A DNA stretch of 64,000 nucleotides from Bacteroidales bacterium UBA4788. GTDB lineage: Bacteria; Bacteroidota; Bacteroidia; Bacteroidales; VadinHA17. The stretch lies in NCBI GenBank assembly GCA_002402965.1, contig DHGW01000092.1, positions 37,382 to 101,381 on the forward strand, given 5' to 3'. Positions within the stretch are counted from its first letter, which is position 1. Every line of letters starts with the position of its first letter. Positions 47,988 to 56,956 of this stretch are shown here, piece by piece. A program made the position numbers and the translations under genes. Under the pieces are notes generated by a model. That model saw only the letters and a program-made list of their open reading frames with translations. It made no database searches and was not told the origin of the DNA.

Positions 47988-48803
47988 ATGTTCGAGATTC
48001 TACGCAGTGCCTTCAAAGAGACGGGTATGACAGCAGCGACAGGCCATGAAAAACTGAACAAGATGATCAACAGACCAAATATACTTGCAGGCGTTTCTCA
48101 TGAGGTAAGAACTCAGATGAACTCAATCGTCGCCTTTTCATACCTGATGAACAATGAGAGGTTCAGTGACAACGAAAAGCGTGAGTTCTCAGAGCAGATA
48201 ATTTCATCATGCGAACAGCTGATCGGATTGTTTGAAAATTTCTTTGACACCGCCTCCCTTGAATCAGGGTCAACAAGGGAAAATCTCCGTGAGACAGACA
48301 TTACAAGACTTTTCGAGTCCCTTACCTCAGAATTCAGGGTTTTCATGAGGAAAAAGGGACATGATAATGTCGTTCTCATCCAGGAAGACAACCTCCCGGA
48401 CAAGCTGATGCTGAAGCTAGACGTGGCGAGGATAACAAGAATTATCAGCAATCTGTTCAGGGACGCACTCGACAGTACTTCTTCAGGGTTTATAAAAGTC
48501 GGGTGTACCTACAACGATGAGACAATAACATTTTACGTAAAAGATTCTGGCCAGGGTTTCCCAAGAAGTAGCAACCTGCTGCTTTCCGACAATCCTGAGA
48601 TCCAACATTCCGAAAGTCAGGATACCTATTCCGCTATGAATTTAATCCTGGCCAGAAATCTTATTCTCGCAATGGAGGGCAATATCAGGGTTGAGCCCAA
48701 CGATGCCGGAGGAACATCTGTATTCGTCTCTTTACCTGCCAGGGAGTGCTCTGGCTTGAAAATACTCACCGGTACCTCTTCAGAGAGTAAAATCGCAATC
48801 TGA
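47988..48803 (+). CDS. minimal soluble histidine-kinase core (HisKA + HATPase_c), no sensor domain, no TM
   Basis: 271 aa. H-box ILAGVSHEVRTQMNSIVAF about 35 aa from the N-terminus. N-box-like IISNLFRDALDS, G1 KDSGQGF and G2-like GGTSVFVSLP. Confidence 0.75.
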   Translation: MFEILRSAFKETGMTAATGHEKLNKMINRPNILAGVSHEVRTQMNSIVAFSYLMNNERFSDNEKREFSEQIISSCEQLIGLFENFFDTASLESGSTRENLRETDITRLFESLTSEFRVFMRKKGHDNVVLIQEDNLPDKLMLKLDVARITRIISNLFRDALDSTSSGFIKVGCTYNDETITFYVKDSGQGFPRSSNLLLSDNPEIQHSESQDTYSAMNLILARNLILAMEGNIRVEPNDAGGTSVFVSLPARECSGLKILTGTSSESKIAI

Positions 48804-48839
48804 TTTTCTGAAGGTTATGACTGTCTGATGTGAAAAGTC

Positions 48840-48869
48840 AGGAGGGTGGCCCAGGGCTCCCTCCTTTTT
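48840..48869 (+). terminator. Rho-independent terminator after the histidine-kinase gene
   Basis: Stem AGGAGGG (48840-48846) pairs with CCCTCCT (48859-48865) and is followed by TTTT. It starts 37 nt after the stop codon. Confidence 0.6.
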
Positions 48870-48917
48870 CCGGTTTTCCGGCGAGCCAGCTCAGGCTATC
48901 CTGTTAAACACTTGTTG

Positions 48918-50873
48918 TTACTTGTGTATCCCTTCTGACAGGACGGTGATCTCAGTGCGCCTGTTGAGTCTTTTGCCGGCAGGGGTGATATTGTCAGCCA
49001 CTGGCGAGGTTTCGCCGTAGCCGTGTGAGAAGATACGGTCTTTGCCAATGCCTCTCTTTATCAGATACTCCCTTACCGAATTTGCTCTTCTTTCAGAAAG
49101 CCGCTGGTTATGTTCCTCACTGCCGTCTGAATCGGTATGACCGCCTATTTCAATTACCACTGAAGGATTGATCTGCATGAATTCCAGCAGTTGCTCAAGT
49201 TCAGGCATTGATGATTCAAGCAACTCCCAGGAGTCGGTGTCATAGAAGACGTTGTACATCCTCATGAACTCCCCTACTCTTACCCTGTTCAGTGGAATGG
49301 TCTTCATGAAAGGTTCCGAAGAATCGTAACCCTCTGCAAAATCAAAGTTTTCCGAGAATATCATGTAGCCGCTGGCGGTAACATTCAGTCCGTAGCTGCT
49401 GCCCTGGGGCAGGCAGACGAAAAACTCTCCCCCGCTGTCAGTGACAGAACTGATGACATCCACTCTGTTTGTGAGATCACTCAGCTCATATTTTGCAGTG
49501 ATCGGCTGCCCGGATGCCTTATCGATTACAGTGCCCTTGAAGTACAGGACAGGCTCCGGCTGAACGACCTCCGGCAGGTCAAGATAAAAGATATCCTTTC
49601 CCTTTTCCTTATCCCGGACCGAAGAGAAGTAAGCTCGTTTGCCGGATGACTCAATGACGAGTCCTGTTTCATCCGCAGGCGTATTCACAGGTGGACCCAG
49701 GTTCTCAGGGGTGCTCCATGTGGAATCACGGTTCATTGTTGTGACGTAGATATCATGCCCGCCAAATGATTCCCTGCCATTGGAGGAGAAATAGAGTGTT
49801 TTCCCGTTGAAATAGATGAATGGCGAAAACTCATCGCCAGCTGTATTGACAGCCTTTCCCGGGTTAACCGGTTTGCGCCATTTTCCGTCGTTGCTGCGTG
49901 TGGAATACCAGATATCCATCCCTCCCAGGCCCCCGGGCCTGTTACTCACAAAGAAAAGCATCCTTCCGTTCGGGCTGATGGAGGGTTGAGATTCCCAGTA
50001 TGTTGAATTCAAAGGTGTGCCGAGGTTTATCCCCGGTGACCACCGGTTGCCGTCATATGATGAGAAATAAATGTCACATCTTCCCTGCCCGTCACTCCGG
50101 TCACATGCCGTGAAATACATGTATCTTCCATCGGATGAGATGGACTGTGCTCCTTCGTTTCCGGCTGTGTTAAGGGGTGCTCCGGCATTGCGGGCTGTTC
50201 TCCAGTACCCGTTGACGGCCCAGTTGCTGATATAGAAATCCTCCTGACGGTCGCGGCCGTAATCCCTTCCATAACCGGTGGCTCTCTTTACTTCGCGCGT
50301 AAAAATCAGCTGTTGGCCGTCACCTGTTACCGAAGGCCAGTATTCGTCAAGAAGGGTGTTTACCGAATCGCCTGCACTGACCGGGTCAGCATCAAAGAGG
50401 GAACGCGGAAAAGAAAGTGCAAAACGGCAGCTGACGATCATCTTTTCCGCCTCGCTTCGCAGCCTCGCCGTGGCTCCCTGCTGGCTCAGGTAGGCCTCAA
50501 GATGCTTCATTGCTTCGAAATATCTTCCCATCCTCATCTCAGCCTTTCCAAGACTGAAAAGAGCTGGCGGAAAGTAGAGTGAATCGATTTCCACTGCTGC
50601 ACGGTAATGGGTCACCGACTTCTCCCAGTCGCCAGTGTCAGAATAGAGCTGGCCAAGCAGTATATGTGCCTCGTAAAACCTGCTGTCTTCCCTTACTGCC
50701 AGCCTTAAGTTGCTCTCCGCCCTGTCGTAATAGAGCAACTCGTAATCCCTCTTTCCCTGATCATAGTATTTAAGTGCCCTGTTGGAACGGGTGTGCAGTG
50801 ACTGGCCCGTGACTACGCACTGGCTCAGAATGATCATCAAAAGCAGGACTGTAATGTTTGTTCTTACTCTCAT
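48918..50873 (-). CDS. OmpA-family protein with N-terminal TPR and TolB-like (PD40/WD40-like) beta-propeller repeats
   Basis: 651 aa. TPR-like N-terminus, repeated PD40-like segments (SPDGRxLYF type: ISSDGRYMYFT, ISPNGRMLFFVS, FNGKTLYFSS) and a C-terminal OmpA domain (IGGHTDSDGSEEHNQRLSERRANSV). Confidence 0.85.
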   Translation of the reverse strand: MRVRTNITVLLLMIILSQCVVTGQSLHTRSNRALKYYDQGKRDYELLYYDRAESNLRLAVREDSRFYEAHILLGQLYSDTGDWEKSVTHYRAAVEIDSLYFPPALFSLGKAEMRMGRYFEAMKHLEAYLSQQGATARLRSEAEKMIVSCRFALSFPRSLFDADPVSAGDSVNTLLDEYWPSVTGDGQQLIFTREVKRATGYGRDYGRDRQEDFYISNWAVNGYWRTARNAGAPLNTAGNEGAQSISSDGRYMYFTACDRSDGQGRCDIYFSSYDGNRWSPGINLGTPLNSTYWESQPSISPNGRMLFFVSNRPGGLGGMDIWYSTRSNDGKWRKPVNPGKAVNTAGDEFSPFIYFNGKTLYFSSNGRESFGGHDIYVTTMNRDSTWSTPENLGPPVNTPADETGLVIESSGKRAYFSSVRDKEKGKDIFYLDLPEVVQPEPVLYFKGTVIDKASGQPITAKYELSDLTNRVDVISSVTDSGGEFFVCLPQGSSYGLNVTASGYMIFSENFDFAEGYDSSEPFMKTIPLNRVRVGEFMRMYNVFYDTDSWELLESSMPELEQLLEFMQINPSVVIEIGGHTDSDGSEEHNQRLSERRANSVREYLIKRGIGKDRIFSHGYGETSPVADNITPAGKRLNRRTEITVLSEGIHK

Positions 50874-51500
50874 TCAGGGAATATGCATGAATTTATGTGC
50901 CTGAAGGGAAACTCTCCATCCGGGGTTTTTCTTTACGTATTCTGTTATTTCCGCAATTATCTCACTGTAACGGCTCCACTCAGGTTGCAGTAGAAGCTGG
51001 CAGCCTGGCTTCACCTTCTCTTTATATATCTCGGCATCCTCAAAATCAGTGCCACCCTGTATTACCACCTTTAGCTCATCTGCCAGGGGCAATATCCCCG
51101 GGAGCGGAGGAGAGCCCCTTTTAGGCGACAGGGTGATCCAGTCCCATGATCCCGTAAGGGGGAATGCACCGGAAGTCTCAAGGTATGTCTTGATTCCCTT
51201 TGATCTAAGCAGTTCGCATAACGGACCCATATCCCACATCAGAGGTTCACCGCCGGTGACCACAACCGAATCGGCCCCTGCCGCAAGGACGTTCGACGCT
51301 ATGACATCTATCCCCACCATAGGGTGCAATCCGGCATCCCATGAATATTTGGTATCACACCAGCTGCAGCATATGTCGCATCCGCCAACCCTGATGAAAT
51401 AAGCGGCCTTGCCAGTGTTGCACCCCTCGCCCTGGATGGAGTAGAATTCCTCCACAAGTGGCAGCCTGTGCCCGTCAGTAACCGGACTACTTCTTTTCAT
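50874..51500 (-). CDS. queE: 7-carboxy-7-deazaguanine synthase (radical SAM)
   Basis: 208 aa. FYSIQGEGCNTGKAAYFIRVGGCDICCSWCDTKYSW is the QueE-type cluster and substrate motif. Confidence 0.88.
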   Translation of the reverse strand: MKRSSPVTDGHRLPLVEEFYSIQGEGCNTGKAAYFIRVGGCDICCSWCDTKYSWDAGLHPMVGIDVIASNVLAAGADSVVVTGGEPLMWDMGPLCELLRSKGIKTYLETSGAFPLTGSWDWITLSPKRGSPPLPGILPLADELKVVIQGGTDFEDAEIYKEKVKPGCQLLLQPEWSRYSEIIAEITEYVKKNPGWRVSLQAHKFMHIP

Positions 51501-52621
51501 CTTTTCTTTTTATCTAGTGAAAGCAGCCTGTAGAAATTGTAAAACAGTTCCGTATTCTCCTGTATTCCCGTGAATGTCATGGCTCCGGGCCCGTATGCAA
51601 ACACCGGGACCATTACGCCTGAGTGTCCGGTGAAGCTGAAGGCTCCCTTAACCTCCCTCTTTTCAAGATCGCCTCCTGTTATGCTCATCCCCCCTGTCTC
51701 GTGATCAGCGGTGACAACAATCAATGTTTTACCGTCTTTATCCGCGAATTCACGGGCCACAGCTACAGCCCTGTCCATATCGAGCACCTCGTCGGTAACC
51801 ATCTTCGTTTCATTGCTGTGACCGGCATCGTCAACCTCCGATCCTTCAACCATCAGCACAAAACCCTTTCGGTTGCGTGACAGCACTTCAATGGCCTTTG
51901 CTGTTGCCTTCGCAAGGTATTGAGGATCTCTCCCCTCAAACAGCCTGGGCATGTCATCCTGCGACATGAGTCCCGCAATACGGGTTGCCTCTGATGCTAC
52001 GAACGATTCAAGGTCATAGGTGACATCATAACCTGCCCGTGACAGCATCGAAACCACATCCTCCGACCGTTTAAAGCTGCCTGCAGAATCTAATTGCGCC
52101 TCGAAATACTTCCTGCCGCCGCCTATGAAGACTTCTGCGGTTCCGCCTGCATACCAGGCTGCAATGGCACTGTAATCATAGCGCTGAGGGACGTGCGCAG
52201 AGAAGGCTGCAGGAGTGGCATCAGTAAGAGAACTGGTGCAGACTATGCCGGTTGATTTTCCCGCAGTACAGGCATGTTCAAGAAGAGTCACCAGGACAGT
52301 GCTGTCAGGTCTCACTGAAATCATCTTGTTGTTGGTCTTCTCACCCGTGGCCAGCGCAGTGCCGCCGGCCGCCGAGTCAGTGGAGTAGCTGTTGGCCGAA
52401 TGTGTCCTGCTGAAGCCTGTAACCGGGAAGGCGGGGAAGGTCATACTGTTACCTGAGACGGTCATCGCCGCATAAACATGTGACACACCCATGCCATCAC
52501 CAATGAACAATATCAGGTTAAGGGGCTTCTTCCTTACACTGCCAGCCGATGTCAGTGTCAGAATGACAAGTAAAACGGCAGTAAATCTTAAAAATATCTT
52601 CATACGAAACAATCGGTTCAT
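51497..52621 (-). CDS. alkaline phosphatase (PhoA family)
   Basis: 374 aa. LFIGDGMGVSH, active-site context TDSAAGGTALATGEKT, and VEGSEVDDAGH...TADHETGG. Confidence 0.9.
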   Translation of the reverse strand: MNRLFRMKIFLRFTAVLLVILTLTSAGSVRKKPLNLILFIGDGMGVSHVYAAMTVSGNSMTFPAFPVTGFSRTHSANSYSTDSAAGGTALATGEKTNNKMISVRPDSTVLVTLLEHACTAGKSTGIVCTSSLTDATPAAFSAHVPQRYDYSAIAAWYAGGTAEVFIGGGRKYFEAQLDSAGSFKRSEDVVSMLSRAGYDVTYDLESFVASEATRIAGLMSQDDMPRLFEGRDPQYLAKATAKAIEVLSRNRKGFVLMVEGSEVDDAGHSNETKMVTDEVLDMDRAVAVAREFADKDGKTLIVVTADHETGGMSITGGDLEKREVKGAFSFTGHSGVMVPVFAYGPGAMTFTGIQENTELFYNFYRLLSLDKKKR

Positions 52622-54348
52622 TAATTGCCAAAAAGAAGCTTTCTCTCGCGCTTCTCTGCCTCCGCAGCCCAGTCAGCCGGAACAATGCTCCATTCACTCA
52701 TGGGAGCGGGACTGATCGTTCCCTTTGTCCGTATCCACTCAGTCATATAATGCCGCAGGTCGCGTTCGGTTGCAGAGATGATTCTTCTCTCCAGCTCCTT
52801 CCCGGTTATGCCGGCTGCGGGGAAATGCCCGCCACCGCCGTTTGCCCTGTAAGAGTTCACTGCCACGGTGTAGGTGGCACTGTGGCTGAAAGGTGTGCCG
52901 TCACTGAGAGATGTGATATTCACCCTTGCGCCCTGGGGTTTGCTTACATCAACCGTATAACGAATACCCATTGCGGATTCGAAGTTATAGGAGGGGTTCC
53001 GGAGCCTGGCCGTACCGTTGATCATGACGGGCGAGCCGCTGTCATCAAATCTGTAATTCAGCATGTAGTCACTGCTTTTCGACATGGTCCCGAACCACTG
53101 CACTGCTGCATGCTCCAGGTGACGGTCAATCTCCCCGCCCGTCATGTTCACGGTGTAGAGAAAATTCTCAAACCGGTAGAGGCGATACATATCCCTGATC
53201 CTCAGGTCACCCTTATCTATGCTCTGGTCAAAGGAGAGCGGGGCGGCCATTGATATCTGCGCACCGGTTAACTCGATCTGCATGAGATGGATCAGATCAA
53301 CGAAGGCCGAAGGTCCAAAGAATGCATCACGTGTTGTGGCCGTGGCTGTTGAACGGCCGATGACCTCCGAGGTGTACTCGCTGAGCCTGTCAGAAACACC
53401 CCTGTACTTCTTAAGGAAGGCAGCCGATTCAGGCAGGGTGTTCATTGGTATGATCCTTCCGCTTAATTCCGGATTGAGACTTCCGTCTTCCTGCTTCTCA
53501 AAATTTACCGTAACATTCATCAGTGCACCGGCACGGCTGCCGCCGTCAAGAACCAGAACATTCTCCCCGGCGCTGTTGGTTACCTCTTTAACCTCTTCCC
53601 TGTGGTCATGGCCGCAGAAGATAACATCAAACCCTGGCACATTCATAGCCACGGAGAGGGTGCTGTTCTCATCATCCCCCCTGTCTCTCTCATCACCCAT
53701 GCCCGAGTGAAAGAGACCGATAACCAGGTCTGGCTCCTCACCAAGCATGACCGGCATCCACTTACTGGCAGTGGAGACCATATTCTCAAACCTGATACCC
53801 CGGTAGAGTGATTCGGGCAGCCAGCGGGGGACTGACGGAGTGATCAGGCCGAATACCACTACCTTAATTCCCTTCCTTTCAATCACAGTGTAGGGCTCGA
53901 AGTACGGTTCTCCGGTTCTGATATCGACAGCATTGGCGGCCAGCATCGGGAATCTGTACTCCTTTCTTACACGGTCATAGACCTCGTGGCCTGCCTCAAT
54001 ATCATGATTACCAACGGTGGCTGCATCATAGCTAAGATGGTTCAGAATATCAGCAATAATATGGGGTTCCGAGGTCTCAACGAAGTTATAGTAGTATGCA
54101 AGGGGATCACCCTGCAGTATATCGCCATTATCAAGAAGGATCATATTTTCCTTGCCGCCGGCCTCCACAATTGATGCAAGATTGGCAAGCGACCGGTCTG
54201 TGGCTTCACCCTCCGTGTTATCGAAGGGAAGCAGCATACCGTGAAGATCGGTGGTGGCATAGATCTCCAGCTTGTTCTCATTACTTACGCATGACAGGGT
54301 CAGCAGGCCGGCCAGCACAGCAATCAAAAAATGAGGTGAATATTTCAT
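52621..54348 (-). CDS. bifunctional metallophosphatase / 5'-nucleotidase (UshA/CpdB-like)
   Basis: 575 aa. Metallophosphoesterase motifs TTDLHG, NGDILQGDP, GNHDIEAG and GHDH, followed by a 5'-nucleotidase C-terminal domain. Confidence 0.88.
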   Translation of the reverse strand: MKYSPHFLIAVLAGLLTLSCVSNENKLEIYATTDLHGMLLPFDNTEGEATDRSLANLASIVEAGGKENMILLDNGDILQGDPLAYYYNFVETSEPHIIADILNHLSYDAATVGNHDIEAGHEVYDRVRKEYRFPMLAANAVDIRTGEPYFEPYTVIERKGIKVVVFGLITPSVPRWLPESLYRGIRFENMVSTASKWMPVMLGEEPDLVIGLFHSGMGDERDRGDDENSTLSVAMNVPGFDVIFCGHDHREEVKEVTNSAGENVLVLDGGSRAGALMNVTVNFEKQEDGSLNPELSGRIIPMNTLPESAAFLKKYRGVSDRLSEYTSEVIGRSTATATTRDAFFGPSAFVDLIHLMQIELTGAQISMAAPLSFDQSIDKGDLRIRDMYRLYRFENFLYTVNMTGGEIDRHLEHAAVQWFGTMSKSSDYMLNYRFDDSGSPVMINGTARLRNPSYNFESAMGIRYTVDVSKPQGARVNITSLSDGTPFSHSATYTVAVNSYRANGGGGHFPAAGITGKELERRIISATERDLRHYMTEWIRTKGTISPAPMSEWSIVPADWAAEAEKRERKLLFGN

Positions 54349-54358
54349 ATTGTACAGT

Positions 54359-55657
54359 TCATTTTGTTTTTACAGCTGCAGGAACACTCATCATCTTCCT
54401 GCCGTTTTTCATCCTGGTAAGCATAAACTGGTCGGCCAGTTTACCCGAAGCGTCGTAAGCACTGTACTTAAGCCTGGTCCCGTCTACTGTCACTACCTGC
54501 CACAGCTGGGTGTTTGTAAGACCGACCTGCCACCATTGCTTCGCATCCTGCTGATACTGCTTGGAACCGCTTACGGAGACCACATAGACAGGGCCTGCCT
54601 CGTTGCCCCTCATTTCCCTGCCTTCAGGCATGATCATTCCCCTGGCATATGTATGGTCGTGCCCCGTTAGTACCAGGTCTACCCCGTACATGTCAAAGAG
54701 CGGCTTGAGATTCTCCCTGATTACCTTGTTGTCTCTCCTGGCTGATGTCGAAAAGACCGGGTGATGGAACATTGCCACGGTCCAGTTGCATGGATTGTTA
54801 CGCAGAAGTCCTTCCACCCATTCCGTCTGAGCCCGGGCAATTGCTTCATTTCTGATCATCTTATCAGAATTGATAATTATGAATCTCACTCCCTGATAGT
54901 CCACTGTATATGCCGTCTCCTCCAATCCTGCCGGGCCGTTTTCGGGGAGAGTGAATCCTGCTCTCCAGTACCTGTTAAGATCTCTCTTCTCCCTGTCCGC
55001 AGGGTCATAAAACTCATGATTCCCCGGTGTGGCCAGCACTGGCAGTACCGAGGTGATGAATCCTGCTGCGGCATGCCAGTCGCCCCACTCATCGTTATGT
55101 AGTGTTCTTCCCGATCCGCCGTCAACAAGGTCTCCGGCAAAAAGCATCAGGGCTGCATCAGGTGTTGACCTGAAAGCCTGTCTGATCACCCTGGCGTAGA
55201 GCGATTTGCTTCCAATCTGGGAATCGCCGAAATATAGAAATGTTAATGGAGCGGCGCCTGTCTCTGCTGTTTTGAAGGTGAACCACTCGCTGGCGTCCGG
55301 GACTGAACCGACGCGGTATGCATAGGTTGTCCCTGGTGTCAGCCCGGTAAACCGGACGGAATGAAACCTTCCCGTAACTCCGTCACCTTCTGCATCCTGC
55401 CACGTGCCTGCCACAGTAGTAGCTGAGTCGGCAAGGAATATTGTCGGCAGATTGACCGTGATCTGTGCCAGGCTCTCCATCACTGTTGTGTCCGTCCTCC
55501 AGGTAACGGCCATTGATGTGGCCGGGTCTCCGTTGAGGTTCAATACAATCCTGTCAGGTTCAGGTGACGGAATATACTTTGTTGTCCTTTCCTGCGCAGT
55601 TGCCCGGAGGCTGAACAGTGCAACAACAATAAAAGTTATGCTTAAAAAATGCTTCAT
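54359..55657 (-). CDS. purple-acid-phosphatase-like metallophosphoesterase
   Basis: 432 aa with a signal peptide. N-terminal FN3/PAP-N-like domain (MAVTWRT...TTYAYRVG), then GDSQ, GDLVDGG, GNHEF, HHPVFS and GHDHTYAR. Confidence 0.85.
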   Translation of the reverse strand: MKHFLSITFIVVALFSLRATAQERTTKYIPSPEPDRIVLNLNGDPATSMAVTWRTDTTVMESLAQITVNLPTIFLADSATTVAGTWQDAEGDGVTGRFHSVRFTGLTPGTTYAYRVGSVPDASEWFTFKTAETGAAPLTFLYFGDSQIGSKSLYARVIRQAFRSTPDAALMLFAGDLVDGGSGRTLHNDEWGDWHAAAGFITSVLPVLATPGNHEFYDPADREKRDLNRYWRAGFTLPENGPAGLEETAYTVDYQGVRFIIINSDKMIRNEAIARAQTEWVEGLLRNNPCNWTVAMFHHPVFSTSARRDNKVIRENLKPLFDMYGVDLVLTGHDHTYARGMIMPEGREMRGNEAGPVYVVSVSGSKQYQQDAKQWWQVGLTNTQLWQVVTVDGTRLKYSAYDASGKLADQFMLTRMKNGRKMMSVPAAVKTK

Positions 55658-55776
55658 AATGTTTTTTCAACGTTAACAAACTACCGGCAGCGGAGGCTGT
55701 AAATATATTGAATATTTCCTTGCTGTATTGTAACGAGCCCTTGCAGCCGCCGCTCTTTTAACTATTTTTGCATTGT

Positions 55777-56955
55777 ATGAAAGTGCTTTCCGGACTAGAT
55801 GTTATCTCCCGCAGTCTGCCTTCAGAACTCCGGGGCAAAAGGACAGGCCTTCTGTGCCACTCCTCAAGCATCGCTTCAGATTACAGACATATAACCGAGA
55901 TCTTCGCTGACGGTGCCGGTTGCGAGCTCGCTGCTCTTTTCGGACCACAGCATGGCCTTTCCGGCCAGACGCAGGACAACATGATAGAGTGGGAAGGCAA
56001 GGTTGATCCTCATCTGCAAATTCCCGTCTACAGCCTTTACGGATTGCACCGTAAGCCGACGCCATCAATGCTGAACGGGATCGAGGCCCTGGTAATTGAC
56101 CTGCAGGATGTTGGAGCCAGGCTCTATACATATATCTGGACTGTAAAGCTTTGCATGGAGGCATGCGTCGAAGCGGGCATCGCTGTGTGGATTCTCGACA
56201 GGCCAAACCCTATTGGGCGGATACAGGTTGACGGACCGCTCCTGAGGGAAGAGTACTTCACCTTCGTGGGAGGAGCATGCATACCCCTCTGTCACCGCAT
56301 GACCATCGGTGAGATGGCCCTCTGGATAAAGGAAAAATATTTCCCCCGCTGCGAGCTTCATGTTATCAGGGCCGAAGGCTGGAGACGTAACTCTTTCTAC
56401 AGCGAAACAGGACTGCCATGGGTTCTCCCCTCTCCAAACATGCCTACGCAACAGACTGCTGTAGTCTACCCGGGAACAGTACTCGCAGAAGCCCTGAACC
56501 TCTCGGAGGGAAGAGGTACTGTCATTCCGTTCGAACTGATCGGGGCTCCCTGGATAGACGGCCGGAGACTGCTCGGAGAGATGCGCAGCCGGAACCTGCC
56601 GGGGTGCCGGTTCCGGATGCACGACTTCATTCCCACGTTCAACAAATATGCAGGGGAATACTGCAGGGGAATCCAGATTCATGTCACAGATTATTCAGTT
56701 TTCAGACCAGTGGCTACGGCGCTGCACCTCTTTGACGCAATCATCCGCACATCGCCTGAAGGCTCCCTGAAATTCAACCCTCCCCCCTACGAGTACGAAT
56801 ACAATCTCATGCCCTTTGACATCCTGTCAGGCGACGACCGCATGCGCGAAGTGCTGACGAAGGGGCTCTCCATCACGGAAGAGACAGAACGCTGGGAGGC
56901 ATCGGCATCAGTCTTCAAATCCGAATTCAGGCAGATTGCTCTATACGAAGAATAG
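55777..56955 (+). CDS. DUF1343 family protein (NamZ-like exo-beta-N-acetylmuramidase family)
   Basis: About 392 aa. LFGPQHGLSGQTQDNM, IDLQDVGARLYTYIWT and LDRPNPIG are characteristic of DUF1343. Confidence 0.8.
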   Translation: MKVLSGLDVISRSLPSELRGKRTGLLCHSSSIASDYRHITEIFADGAGCELAALFGPQHGLSGQTQDNMIEWEGKVDPHLQIPVYSLYGLHRKPTPSMLNGIEALVIDLQDVGARLYTYIWTVKLCMEACVEAGIAVWILDRPNPIGRIQVDGPLLREEYFTFVGGACIPLCHRMTIGEMALWIKEKYFPRCELHVIRAEGWRRNSFYSETGLPWVLPSPNMPTQQTAVVYPGTVLAEALNLSEGRGTVIPFELIGAPWIDGRRLLGEMRSRNLPGCRFRMHDFIPTFNKYAGEYCRGIQIHVTDYSVFRPVATALHLFDAIIRTSPEGSLKFNPPPYEYEYNLMPFDILSGDDRMREVLTKGLSITEETERWEASASVFKSEFRQIALYEE

Positions 56956-56956
56956 G

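Noticed and set aside
50874-51500. Radical SAM gene 4 kb from the GG peptide, considered as a possible peptide maturase (RiPP cluster)
   Set aside because: The sequence has the specific QueE signature (GGCDICCSWCDTKY, about 208 aa with no SPASM domain). It sits in a different, tightly coupled operon with phosphatases, so a queuosine-pathway role is far more likely.
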